A stretch of DNA of 42,495 nucleotides from an uncultured Prolixibacteraceae bacterium (GTDB lineage: Bacteria; Bacteroidota; Bacteroidia; Bacteroidales; FEN-979): positions 1 through 42,495 of the forward strand of contig CAYHCQ010000006.1 in NCBI GenBank assembly GCA_964355115.1. Direction: 5' to 3'. The position numbers and the translations under genes are program-made. Within the stretch, counting starts at the first letter, position 1; each line of letters begins with the position of its first letter. Shown here one piece after another: positions 19,761-29,185 of the stretch. Under the pieces are notes generated by a model. It worked only from the letters and a program-made list of their open reading frames with translations, did not search any database and was not told where the DNA came from.

Positions 19761-19857
19761 ACATCTCCATGATTTCCGGGTTCATGATGAACACCAGGAA
19801 AGCAATTACCAGGATAACGGCAACAACTGCGAGAACACGTTTGGTTGTTTTACTCAT
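19735..19857 (-). CDS. 40-aa single-TM small protein (not in ORF track)
   Basis: MSKTTKRVLAVVAVILVIAFLVFIMNPEIMEMFNSGTVGP*; starts 18 nt after the upstream minus-strand stop. Confidence 0.55.
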   Translation of the reverse strand: MSKTTKRVLAVVAVILVIAFLVFIMNPEIMEMFNSGTVGP

Positions 19858-19875
19858 AAGATATTCTTTCTGTTA

Positions 19876-21105
19876 TCATGGATTCGGATGAGAAGCGACC
19901 CTGTCGCCGTCCATATACCGGGCAATAAAGGCATCTTTCACCTTGTTTTTGGTCTTCAGCTGATAGAGGAAAGCTTTTGCGGCATTCAGTGTTGTGAATG
20001 AGCCCACGGTATACCTGTACCATCCTTCGGTATATTCCTTGTAAACAGGCTGCATGATGTGGAACCGGGCGCGGATTGATTCCGCTGTATGTTCGTCGGT
20101 TTTGAAGGCATAAATCTGAACCCTGTATGAGAGTCCGGCCGGGGCAGGTCCCGACTGAACCTCCTCTTCCTCCTCACCGGCGAGATCGGTTTCAACAACC
20201 AGCCCGGTAGCCACCTCATGTTTCACCTCAGGCTTTTTAAGTACCATAGCATCTTTTTTTACCGGAGATTGCAATACAGGCTTCTGAGAATCGAGGTCAA
20301 CCGGCTTGGGAGCAGACTTTGGAGCCTCCGGCAGGTCGGGTTTCGGAGGTACCGGTCCCATATTTTTCCCCATGTTGGCTGTTTTGAGCGCTCCGGGGTT
20401 CCTTTTGTTGAAGTTATAGGTAAGATTTACAGAAAGGAATGAGGACATATCGTACTTGAAGCCGCCCACAGTAGCGTCGAGGCGGTCGGTATTGATTCCA
20501 TGCAGCGTCCATTCAAAGCCCAGATTGACCTTGTCGCCGATGTTATAATATGCGCCCAGTCCGGCCGGGATACTCCCCTCCTTGGTCAAGTCGGGAAAAG
20601 CCTTGCCGGCCTCCCCGATTTGTGTATGGGTTACCAGATTGTATTTTTTCGTGTGCCAGAAGGTCATCCCGACCCCCACAGTTCCGTAAACAAAGAATTT
20701 ACGGGTGGGGCTGTACCCGAACATATTCATAAAGTTCACCATCACATTGAGGTTCGGTTCGGCCATGTAACCTTCAAAATACTGGTTGCAGGGGGCTCCG
20801 TCGGTGTAATTCCGTTTGGTACCGGCAATCTGTCCGTAGAGAAGTTGTCCGCGCACCGAAAAGACATGGCTGAACTGCCGGATGAGGTAAACACTGCCGG
20901 CTACTCGCCATTCGTTCATGTTGGTACTTGCCGGCCATAAACGGTTAACCTTGAGGTCGCCGAAGAAAATATTGGGGCCACCGCTGATTCCCAGCGACCA
21001 GTTGTCGAAGAAGCGCTTTCCGAGGACCCCTTGTGTTTGGGATCGTGCAGAAATGTTGATAAATATGAGGATAATAAGGGTTAGGAACAGTATTGTTTTT
21101 CTCAT
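19876..21105 (-). CDS. Outer-membrane beta-barrel protein with Pro/Lys linker and C-terminal SPOR-like domain
   Basis: Signal peptide, GG.N.FFGDL barrel start, TD.LD, LTYNF; YRVQI.A...YRYTVG.F...DAFI. Confidence 0.75.
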   Translation of the reverse strand: MRKTILFLTLIILIFINISARSQTQGVLGKRFFDNWSLGISGGPNIFFGDLKVNRLWPASTNMNEWRVAGSVYLIRQFSHVFSVRGQLLYGQIAGTKRNYTDGAPCNQYFEGYMAEPNLNVMVNFMNMFGYSPTRKFFVYGTVGVGMTFWHTKKYNLVTHTQIGEAGKAFPDLTKEGSIPAGLGAYYNIGDKVNLGFEWTLHGINTDRLDATVGGFKYDMSSFLSVNLTYNFNKRNPGALKTANMGKNMGPVPPKPDLPEAPKSAPKPVDLDSQKPVLQSPVKKDAMVLKKPEVKHEVATGLVVETDLAGEEEEEVQSGPAPAGLSYRVQIYAFKTDEHTAESIRARFHIMQPVYKEYTEGWYRYTVGSFTTLNAAKAFLYQLKTKNKVKDAFIARYMDGDRVASHPNP

Positions 21106-21361
21106 TCGATTTTCTCTTGTACAGGGATGCGTAAAGATAAAATACCTGATATCCTGAAAAGTAGATAATTACCGAACTTTATCAACAACAGGATGTTATA
21201 AGAAGTGCATTGAAAATGAGACGGATAGCGTATAGTCTTAAGAAAATCCGAAGAGATTGTCTTTTTATGGTCAGAATGCATGAGGACGTTGTTAATTGAG
21301 GATAAATGGAGAGAAATCCGGAAAAAATGATTGCGGCTATTGCTTTTCTGATGACTTTTCT

Positions 21362-21369
21362 TAATTTTG
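21362..21369 (+). promoter_or_regulatory. -7 element TAATTTTG for tRNA-Asn
   Basis: TAnnTTTG just upstream of the tRNA. Confidence 0.7.
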
Positions 21370-21380
21370 CAGTCCCAAAT

Positions 21381-21454
21381 TCCTCCTTAGCTCAGTTGGT
21401 TAGAGCATCTGACTGTTAATCAGAGGGTCGCTAGTTCAAGTCTAGCAGGGGGAG
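21381..21454 (+). tRNA. tRNA-Asn (anticodon GTT)
   Basis: Acceptor TCCTCCT/AGGGGGA, anticodon arm TCTGA-CTGTTAA-TCAGA, T arm GCTAG-TTCAAGT-CTAGC. Confidence 0.97.
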
Positions 21455-21465
21455 CCTCACTGGAC

Positions 21466-21490
21466 AAGCCGGCAGAAATGCCGGCTTTTT
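21466..21490 (+). terminator. Intrinsic terminator after tRNA-Asn
   Basis: AAGCCGGCA-GAAA-TGCCGGCTT plus T run. Confidence 0.85.
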
Positions 21491-21525
21491 CTTTTACTGT
21501 TAAGGGATATGGTGATTGCAACCCG

Positions 21526-22611
21526 TTATCTTGAAAAAAGTTTAACAAGAGGCTCGTTGACATAATAATTTCCAACCCCAAGTTTCTTTTTAATAATTAG
21601 ACCATCCTCTGCAAGCCGGTTAAGATAAGCGGACGCTGTGATCCTGGAAACCCCCAAATCCTTCTGGATAAATTCAATTTTTGTATACGGATGACGGAAC
21701 AGGTTATTGATCAGTTCCTGGCTGTAAAATTTGTACCCGTTTCGTATGCGGTGCTTATAATCCATCATCAACTTTTTTATTTCAAGGATCAGGGAGATAG
21801 TGTCCTGCGAGGTCTTTTCAACACTTTCCAGCATAAAAAGGATCCAGGGTTCCCATTCATTCTTCTCTCTGACATCCTGAAGAAGCTGATAATATTGGTT
21901 TTTATTTTCTATGATATACCGGCTGAGATAAAGTATCGGCAAATGAAGAAGCGAATTCCGGATAAGGTAGAGGATATTGATGATCCGTCCGGTCCGGCCA
22001 TTCCCGTCGTAAAAAGGATGAATGCTCTCGAATTGAAAATGAATGACTGCCATTTTTATCAGTGGATCAGCATCGCACATCGAATTATCATTCATAAATG
22101 CCACCAGATTACTCATTGCAGAAACAATTTCATCATAATCCTGAGGGGGCGTGAATACCACCTGGCCGGTCTGAAGGTTCTTCAGAACAGTGCCCGGCAA
22201 CCGTCTGTAACCGGCTTTGTTGTTTTCAAGTACCGATTGGATCTTCAAAATATGGTTCGAGGTGATCATCTCAGATTGCTCAACCAGGTCAAACCCTTTC
22301 TTCAAAGCTGCAGCGTAGTTCTGTACCTCTTTTGCTGCAGCTGATCGCCATCCCGTTAAATTCAATTCTGCCTTAAACAATTCGTCATGTGTTGTAATGA
22401 TGTTCTCAACGGCAGAACTATCCCGTGCCTCTTGTAATCCCAGGGTGTTCAGTAATATAGTTTGATTGGGAATGGTGCTTCCTATGCCTTTCAGTTCAGC
22501 CAGTGCACGGTGGGCCGCAGGTAATTTCTTAAGTATTTTCCTGGTTTCCAGCTCATGATCTGGCGGAAGCAATGTTGGTTTCCACGGGACATTTGTTTGT
22601 TCGGCCTCCAT
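21526..22611 (-). CDS. Fic family protein (class II-type, N-terminal inhibitory helix, C-terminal wHTH)
   Basis: HPFYDGNGRTGR catalytic motif; SSAVEN inhibitory motif. Confidence 0.93.
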   Translation of the reverse strand: MEAEQTNVPWKPTLLPPDHELETRKILKKLPAAHRALAELKGIGSTIPNQTILLNTLGLQEARDSSAVENIITTHDELFKAELNLTGWRSAAAKEVQNYAAALKKGFDLVEQSEMITSNHILKIQSVLENNKAGYRRLPGTVLKNLQTGQVVFTPPQDYDEIVSAMSNLVAFMNDNSMCDADPLIKMAVIHFQFESIHPFYDGNGRTGRIINILYLIRNSLLHLPILYLSRYIIENKNQYYQLLQDVREKNEWEPWILFMLESVEKTSQDTISLILEIKKLMMDYKHRIRNGYKFYSQELINNLFRHPYTKIEFIQKDLGVSRITASAYLNRLAEDGLIIKKKLGVGNYYVNEPLVKLFSR

Positions 22612-22677
22612 ATGTCAAGAAATTTGAATTTCCTTTCCGAATGATCTCGGTATGCAAAGAATTCTTGATTTTCTTTG

Positions 22678-22721
22678 CAAATATACACACATATGTAAAG
22701 AAAAGGCAAATATCTTTACAT
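22678..22721 (-). promoter_or_regulatory. Fic promoter (-7 TATATTTG) with inverted-repeat operator
   Basis: Reverse TATATTTG at 22678-22685; ATGTAAAGA-N11-TCTTTACAT at 22693-22721. Confidence 0.6.
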
Positions 22722-22760
22722 GTCTTCAGGTACAGGCTGGGATAATAACATCATTGGCCA

Positions 22761-22775
22761 GTTGCAACTTTGAGC
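22761..22775 (+). repeat. Left-half copy of the 28-bp site
   Basis: GTTGCAACTTTGAGC, lacking the TAAGGGGAGCC half; between the two intact Fic genes. Confidence 0.8.
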
Positions 22776-22968
22776 GGCGTATCCAACCAATTACTGCATG
22801 GCCTTTGACCAGATAATTCACAATATATGTCCTTCCCTCTTGAATATGAACAATTACAAAATTTTCCCTGGGTGTAAATATCCAGAAAAGATGTTGCGCC
22901 GTGTCGCATTCATACCGTAAAAATCCTTTTGCATTCAATTCCCCGATCAGGCCGAGACCTTATATGTA

Positions 22969-24120
22969 TCAGTCATTAATTGGTAAAAATCCTTTCTCGC
23001 CAAGAGAATTAATAATCCCACGGAGAAGAAAGTTATTATTAAAACTGATCATGTATTTCCTTGCACCTTCTTTTTCAGGTGATAGCATCTTCTTCTCGAT
23101 CAGTTTCTTAATCTGGCGGGAAATGATAGCATTATCCTGACCCACAAACAGGTCTTTTATATCCAACGCTTGTATAAGTGGTTTCTCAATAGCTCGTTTC
23201 AATATCTTGGCTTCAATATCCGTGATGTATTTCCTTTCAATAGAATGTGTAATAGCAGGTAAAAGGATTTCCAATTTCAAGAAATCATAATCCAGCAATT
23301 TATCGATCTTTTCGATCTCATCCTTCAAACCCTCCAATACATATTCGCACCAGGATAAGATTCCACTATTTTTTCCAGAATCCGCTTCAGATAATTTCTG
23401 ATAGTAAGTGATCCTGTTACTGCAAAACACGGCAGTAGGGTTCAGAATTCTACCTTTGCTGACATTAAATCCCAGCCGGATCATCATTGCATAGGTGAAA
23501 AGGCGGACAGTTCTTCCGTTTCCATTGCCGAAAGGATGTATCCAGACAAAACGGTGATGTGCGATAGCCACCTTGAGCAAATCATACTTGGGACTATCAT
23601 CACGGTTTATGAATTCGATCAGTTCATTCATGTAATCTTCTGCCTTAATCCAGTCTGGCGGTATATGATTAGACTTGGCAATTTTTACATTGTGTTTGCG
23701 ATACTCACCTGGTGTGGCATCACCCTCTTCATCCGGGGAGAGACCATCAACGATCATTTTATGCAACTCGCTTATAAATGCTCTGTTGATTGGATAATCT
23801 TTTACTATATCCTCAATAAATGACATTGCCTTTTCGATGTTCTGGATTTCCCTGATACCAGAGGGAACAGTCTTGGTTTCGACCAGCTTGGTTTCAATAA
23901 ACTCTGCGATGGTGGTATTGTTGCCTTCAATCCGGGCAGAACCAATGCTCTCAAGAGTATGGAAGATATGCTTTAATTGAAAGAATACCTTTGGATGGGT
24001 TGAACCACTAAGACGCTTCCGGCGAAGGTGATCAAGCTCAATGATCAAATCAGTCAACGGAGAACCAAAAGAGGGTTCGACTAGAGATAGATCATAGTGT
24101 ATGAAACTTGGCTTTGTCAT
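22969..24120 (-). CDS. Fic family protein, second subfamily
   Basis: HPFGNGNGRTVR motif; SARIEG inhibitory motif; ATG 24120 chosen. Confidence 0.92.
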   Translation of the reverse strand: MTKPSFIHYDLSLVEPSFGSPLTDLIIELDHLRRKRLSGSTHPKVFFQLKHIFHTLESIGSARIEGNNTTIAEFIETKLVETKTVPSGIREIQNIEKAMSFIEDIVKDYPINRAFISELHKMIVDGLSPDEEGDATPGEYRKHNVKIAKSNHIPPDWIKAEDYMNELIEFINRDDSPKYDLLKVAIAHHRFVWIHPFGNGNGRTVRLFTYAMMIRLGFNVSKGRILNPTAVFCSNRITYYQKLSEADSGKNSGILSWCEYVLEGLKDEIEKIDKLLDYDFLKLEILLPAITHSIERKYITDIEAKILKRAIEKPLIQALDIKDLFVGQDNAIISRQIKKLIEKKMLSPEKEGARKYMISFNNNFLLRGIINSLGEKGFLPIND

Positions 24121-24397
24121 TTGAATACGGATTTGCAAACATTTGACAAAAATAACACATTTATTTGACAATAATTATTTTAATGAACTATTTTTCAGCT
24201 ATCTATCAACATTACTATTCCGTGATCATTTGACCTAATGAATAAAAACAATTGACAGACAGTGTGTGACTCATTTGATGTATTTCAACTCCGTATAAGT
24301 TGAATGTTTTTTACAAAAAAGTGTTGATTCCCATTCTTTACTAAAACAGAACAATCAGAAATTGAACGCTTTAAATTTGCAGGAAGGAAGTTGAGTA

Positions 24398-24425
24398 GTT
24401 GCAACTTTGAGCAGTAAGGAGAGCC
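24398..24425 (+). repeat. 28-bp site copy (att-like)
   Basis: GTTGCAACTTT GAGCAG TAAGGAGAGCC. Confidence 0.9.
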
Positions 24426-24429
24426 TCAA

Positions 24430-24477
24430 GTAGGCCGGTCATGCTGACCACATTGTGCCGATCTGGCTGACCCCTTT
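24430..24477 (+). repeat. IS21-like terminal remnant
   Basis: CCGGTCATGCTGACCAC...CCGATCTGGCTGACCCC tandem GCTGACC boxes resembling IS21-family ends. Confidence 0.4.
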
Positions 24478-24490
24478 AACTGATTAACAA

Positions 24491-25510
24491 TCAATTTATC
24501 AAGGTGGTTATTAAAATTGGCGGAGGCTGGTCAATGTTTGCATATTGTCCACCAATTCTTTCTCCTTCTTTGATCACTGTTTCATAACCCTTTGAAGTAT
24601 TGATCAATAAATCTTGATCGATGCGAATTTTGTTTTTTTCAAACAGCAGCACTACCGTAGAACCCCCGAATTTGAAATACCCTTTCTCGTCCCCTTTTTT
24701 TACAGAATTCCCTCTATAAGTCTGTACGATACTTCCTACCAGGGTCGCACCTACTTCAGCCATTACAACATCTCCAAAATTGGGGTTTGAAATGATGGTA
24801 AACTCCCTTTTGTTCAGGCAGAATATTTCAGTCATTTTGCGCAAAGCAAGGGGGTTAACTGAATAATAATCACCGTTAATCCGGGTGATGGGTGATACGC
24901 TTCCGCTTATGGGAAAATGGAAACGGTGGTAATCGAAAGGGGCAAGCCGGATGATCACCAGGGTGCCATCAAGGTAATTTTGAGCAAGGCGGGCATTATT
25001 TAAAAACGAAAAAATATTGAAGCGGTATCCTTTGATGATAAAATCACTGTTACTGATATTGGCATATGCCAGTATTTTTCCATCGGCAGGCGATACTGTA
25101 ACGTTTGTATTGGTATCTACCGGCCTGGCATTATTCTTAAGTTTCCGGGTAAAGAAATCATTGAAAGAGTTGAATTTCTTTTTCTGGGAGGTACTCATGT
25201 CGATATCAAGTTCTTCAACAAAGGGTTGTATTTTTTTTGTCGATGAAGGAAGATCCATCCTGTTGCCATAAAGAGACGAAACCATCTTTCTTTTGGCCAG
25301 CGCCCACAATGTTGCTTCGCCAACCGGATTATTGTACAGCCACACCAGCCACTTTTCGCCGGCCACTTTTTCCGTTTTTAACAAGCCACTTTGCCTGTCG
25401 AAATATTGGATGGGAGCTTGCGGAGGCAACGGATATGAAGCCAGTATGGCAATGACGGCAAGCAATAACAAAATGAGGCCCCACCTCTTTTTGGTTTTTG
25501 AAATGTACAT
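24491..25510 (-). CDS. psd: Phosphatidylserine decarboxylase family proenzyme
   Basis: FNDFFTRKL, SPADG, RLAP.DYHRFH.P, F.FGGSTVV self-cleavage motif; N-terminal TM. Confidence 0.92.
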   Translation of the reverse strand: MYISKTKKRWGLILLLLAVIAILASYPLPPQAPIQYFDRQSGLLKTEKVAGEKWLVWLYNNPVGEATLWALAKRKMVSSLYGNRMDLPSSTKKIQPFVEELDIDMSTSQKKKFNSFNDFFTRKLKNNARPVDTNTNVTVSPADGKILAYANISNSDFIIKGYRFNIFSFLNNARLAQNYLDGTLVIIRLAPFDYHRFHFPISGSVSPITRINGDYYSVNPLALRKMTEIFCLNKREFTIISNPNFGDVVMAEVGATLVGSIVQTYRGNSVKKGDEKGYFKFGGSTVVLLFEKNKIRIDQDLLINTSKGYETVIKEGERIGGQYANIDQPPPILITTLIN

Positions 25511-25594
25511 CGGTTATTATATTGGTAATGGGTGTCACGTTTCACGGTGCTAAGCTATTAAAAAGACTCAAAATAAAATTCCTCTCAGGGTAAG

Positions 25595-25717
25595 TTATTC
25601 GGTAATTATTGCAACCGCACTGGTGGGCGACCCGTCCGCGTTCTCAACCTTCACTGGTAAGCACCGGAAGGTAAAGCCAGACGGCAGGTCAATTTCAGTT
25701 CATGGTTGGTTTTCTAT
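25595..25717 (-). pseudogene. C-terminal remnant of a cyclase/kynurenine formamidase family gene
   Basis: Reads IENQP*TEIDLPSGFTFRCLPVKVENADGSPTSAVAIITE*, like the family C-terminus IENL...LP.K....DGSP.RA.A; internal stop, no 5' part. Confidence 0.55.
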
Positions 25718-25779
25718 TCTGATTGTTTTACATTTGTTCAGTTCCAGGGATCAATCATTTGGTTAAACCGAACATCTGA

Positions 25780-28700
25780 ATGGTTATTAATCGATTGCTT
25801 CTCATCTCCTTTTTGCTGCTCCCCATGGCGGTTTTACCCCAGCGGTATTTCTTTTCCACATATTCGCTCGGGGAAGGATTATCGCAAAGCGTGGTCAATT
25901 GTCTTTACCAGGATTCCCAGGGGTTTATCTGGGCCGGGACGCAGAACGGATTGAACAAATTTAACGGGTATACATTCGGGGTTTATTCCTATAATCCGTC
26001 TGACACAAACTCCTTGTCCAACAACTGGATCTATTCACTATCCGAAGACCGGGAAGGGGATCTCTGGATTTGCACAAAAAGCGGTCTGAACAGATTTATC
26101 CGGAAAGAGAACAGGTTCCAGCGGATCCATTATGCTAACGGATACCCCCGGGATGTCACAAACTATCCCTATGATGCCATTGTTAGTGCAGACGGAAAGA
26201 TTTTGATAAACACCCCTCCCGTGCTGACAATTTTTGATCCCAGGAAAGGGACCTTCACTCATTTTACCAGCACCCTCGAATATGACGGATCGGTCAAGGA
26301 CAACCGGATTCCCCTCCTGGAAGACAAGAACGGGCTTATCTGGATGGGTTCAACCCGAGGGCTGACCTGCTTCGATCGAAAATCAAAGACTTTTCGCTAC
26401 TTTCCGGCGGTTCCGGGCAGGAAGAATGCCATCAGCGATAACACCGTTACGGCCCTTTTTGAAGACCGCCAGGGATATTTATGGGTAGGCACGGCAAACG
26501 GGTTGAACAGGTATGACAAGAAGACCGGACAGTTCACAGCCTATTACCATGAACCGGGTAATTCACTTTCATTAAGCCATAACTTCATCAGGTCGGTCGT
26601 TGAGGACAATACGGGGAACTTCTGGATCGGAACGGAAGGGGGCGGCCTCAACAAACTCTCTTTCCTGAAGGAGGATCAGCCGTTCTTCGAGGACTTTACC
26701 AGCGAAAATAACCAGCTAAGCCATAATATTGTAAATTCCCTATTCATCGACCGGTCTGAAAACCTATGGGTCGGTACTCTTCAGGGCATCAGCAAGGCCG
26801 ACCTGAAAAAGCATAAGTTCAACCTGTATCGTCGGAGCGATTCTCCAAATTCCGTGGATCTCCTGGGGAACGTCATCGCCTCCATATACAAGGACAAGGA
26901 AGGGATCCTCTGGATCGGGAACTGGGGGCAGGGATTGAATCTTATTGATCGCAGAACTGGCCATGTTGAACATTACTCCACCCGCGAGAAGGGGAACCAC
27001 CGTCTGACGAATGATTTTGTTCACGTGGTTTTCGGCGATCACGACCACCGTATCTGGATAGGGACGCGTGACGGCATTTTCATTTTTGACCAGGCGAAAC
27101 ACCGGTTTTTGAGAATGGATGAGTACTTTAAGAATAGCCGGTTGCCAGATCTTAAAGGGGTCAGGATCTTTATGATAATCCAGGACAGGGATGGAAATTA
27201 CTGGATCGGGACGCAAAACGGTCTTTACCGGGTCAGCGCCTTGAACGGTGCCACTGAGCATTTTTCAGAGCACGCTGACGAGAGCCACCGGATCAGCAGC
27301 AATCTGGTTTACTCCCTGCTGGAAGACCGCGATGGCTTCATCTGGATTGCCACGCTCAACGGACTGGATGCGTGTGATCCGCACAGTGGAAAACTCAGCC
27401 ATTTCCGGAAAACCGAAGGTTCTTCCAACTCTCTCTGCGATAATTTCGTCATCTCCCTATGTGAAGACCATACCGGAGCGATCTGGATAGGGACAAGCAC
27501 CTACGTAAACCGTTTTACAAAGAAAGACTCCCTGTTCACGTATTTCTCCCAGGAGAGCGGGTTGCCTAACAACCGGATCTTCGAAATCCTGGAAGACGGG
27601 CTTCATAATGTCTGGTTTGCGACCGGAAACGGGTTATCAAGGTTTGATTCTGTTTCACAAACCTTCAGAACTTACACTGTTCAGGAAGGGTTGCAAGGTC
27701 CTGAATTCAATCTGCGTGCAAGTTTCAGAAGCGATGACGGGGAAATGTTTTTCGGCGGAATGAACGGATTTAATTCTTTCTATCCCGATTCTATTAAGGA
27801 TAATCCTTTTATTCCGCCGATCGTCTTCACCTCGTTTTACACAATTGTCGGCGGGATAAAAAAATTCCGTGATGTCCAGGAAACACAGGAAGTGGTCCTT
27901 GATTATAATGAAAACACCTTTACCATAGAATTTGCAGCCCTGGAATACAGCAATCCCGGGAATAACCGGTATGCCTACCGACTTGAGGGGGTTTCGGATG
28001 AATGGATCGACCTTGGTAACCGCCGGTTTGTTCCCTTCACGAACCTCCCGGCCGGTGAGTATCGTTTCACAGTCAGGGGATGTAACAATGACGGTAAATG
28101 GAACGAGACAGGAAAAAGCCTGCGTATCGTGATCCATCCTCCCTGGTGGAGAAGCTGGCCTGCCTACATCGCCTATTTCATTTTTTTGGTTATTCTGGTT
28201 ATTCTGTATATCAAATGGAGAGAGCGAAACCTCATCCGGCAGCGGAAGGTCCTTGAAAAAAAAGTTGAAGAGCGGACATTCCAGATTGAGCAGCAGAAAG
28301 AGGAATTGGAGCACCTGAACGCCACGAAGGACAAATTCTTTTCCATAATAGCCCACGATCTGAGGAGCCCTTTTCATACGATCCTGGCATTCTCGGACAT
28401 CCTGCTGTCCGATTTCCGGCAGTTTGACCCGGATAAGATCGAAAAACACCTAACCTACATCAAGGATGCTTCCCACCAGACCTATGAACTTCTTCAGAAC
28501 CTCCTTTTCTGGGCCCGTTCTCAAACCGGCACCCTGGAGTTCAATCCTGTTCCTTTTAACCTGAACGAACGGATCGGGGAAAATCTTTCCCTGGTGAAAA
28601 GCCAGGCGGAGAAAAAAAGTATCGGGATCACACATTCGGGTGCTGAGGGAAAAACAGCACTGGGGGATGTCAATATGATCGATACGGTGCTGCGGAACCT

Positions 28701-29001
28701 GCTAACCAATGCATTAAAATTCACACCGAAAGGGGGCACCGTCAGTGTGCAGGTTAAGGAATCCGGCGATCGATTGGAGATTACCGTAAGAGATTCCGGT
28801 GTTGGCATTGCGCCGGAGAACAGGGCAAAGATTTTCAGGGTCGACAGTAAGTTCACCAAGCATGGAACGGATAATGAGCGCGGTACAGGCCTGGGACTGA
28901 TCCTTTGCAAGGAGTTTGTCGGTCTTCACGGCAGTACGATACATGTTGAAAGTGACCCGGAACGCGGCAGTGAGTTCAGTTTCTTTTTATCCAGGGGATG
29001 A
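25780..29001 (+). CDS. Sensor histidine kinase with two-component regulator propeller repeats and Y_Y_Y domain
   Basis: Many D..G..W.GT..GL repeats, Y.Y.LEG, TM, IIAHDLRSP, NL..NA.KFT, D.G.G, GTGLGL; TACATTTG promoter at 25729-25736; no receiver or AraC domain. Confidence 0.92.
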   Translation: MVINRLLLISFLLLPMAVLPQRYFFSTYSLGEGLSQSVVNCLYQDSQGFIWAGTQNGLNKFNGYTFGVYSYNPSDTNSLSNNWIYSLSEDREGDLWICTKSGLNRFIRKENRFQRIHYANGYPRDVTNYPYDAIVSADGKILINTPPVLTIFDPRKGTFTHFTSTLEYDGSVKDNRIPLLEDKNGLIWMGSTRGLTCFDRKSKTFRYFPAVPGRKNAISDNTVTALFEDRQGYLWVGTANGLNRYDKKTGQFTAYYHEPGNSLSLSHNFIRSVVEDNTGNFWIGTEGGGLNKLSFLKEDQPFFEDFTSENNQLSHNIVNSLFIDRSENLWVGTLQGISKADLKKHKFNLYRRSDSPNSVDLLGNVIASIYKDKEGILWIGNWGQGLNLIDRRTGHVEHYSTREKGNHRLTNDFVHVVFGDHDHRIWIGTRDGIFIFDQAKHRFLRMDEYFKNSRLPDLKGVRIFMIIQDRDGNYWIGTQNGLYRVSALNGATEHFSEHADESHRISSNLVYSLLEDRDGFIWIATLNGLDACDPHSGKLSHFRKTEGSSNSLCDNFVISLCEDHTGAIWIGTSTYVNRFTKKDSLFTYFSQESGLPNNRIFEILEDGLHNVWFATGNGLSRFDSVSQTFRTYTVQEGLQGPEFNLRASFRSDDGEMFFGGMNGFNSFYPDSIKDNPFIPPIVFTSFYTIVGGIKKFRDVQETQEVVLDYNENTFTIEFAALEYSNPGNNRYAYRLEGVSDEWIDLGNRRFVPFTNLPAGEYRFTVRGCNNDGKWNETGKSLRIVIHPPWWRSWPAYIAYFIFLVILVILYIKWRERNLIRQRKVLEKKVEERTFQIEQQKEELEHLNATKDKFFSIIAHDLRSPFHTILAFSDILLSDFRQFDPDKIEKHLTYIKDASHQTYELLQNLLFWARSQTGTLEFNPVPFNLNERIGENLSLVKSQAEKKSIGITHSGAEGKTALGDVNMIDTVLRNLLTNALKFTPKGGTVSVQVKESGDRLEITVRDSGVGIAPENRAKIFRVDSKFTKHGTDNERGTGLGLILCKEFVGLHGSTIHVESDPERGSEFSFFLSRG

Positions 29002-29035
29002 CCGTTGTTTCCAATGGCCAGGATGCAGGTCTCCG

Positions 29036-29063
29036 GTTGCAACTTTGAGCAATAAGGGGAGCC
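29036..29063 (+). repeat. 28-bp site copy (att-like)
   Basis: GTTGCAACTTT GAGCAA TAAGGGGAGCC. Confidence 0.92.
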
Positions 29064-29068
29064 ATACA

Positions 29069-29104
29069 GGACAAGCCGGCAGAAATGTTGGCTTGTTTCG
29101 TTTT
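29069..29104 (+). terminator. Duplicate of the tRNA-Asn terminator
   Basis: GGACAAGCCGGCAGAAATG (29069-29087) identical to 21462-21480; 3' arm TGTTGGCTTGT still pairs via G-U. Confidence 0.8.
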
Positions 29105-29185
29105 ACCACCCCCAGAAAGACTTGATAATTGGGCAATTAGCCGACCTTTCCAACCAGCTGGCTGATCATCAACTAAAGTATTATA

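Noticed and set aside
22726-22938. 70-aa minus-strand ORF between the Fic genes
   Set aside because: No recognisable motif and it runs across the partial site at 22761; may be a remnant but cannot be supported.
27655-28449. 264-aa antisense ORF, and similar long antisense ORFs at 4473-5078, 6336-6947, 21691-22344 and 41923-42357
   Set aside because: Shadows of well-supported genes on the opposite strand, with no motifs of their own.
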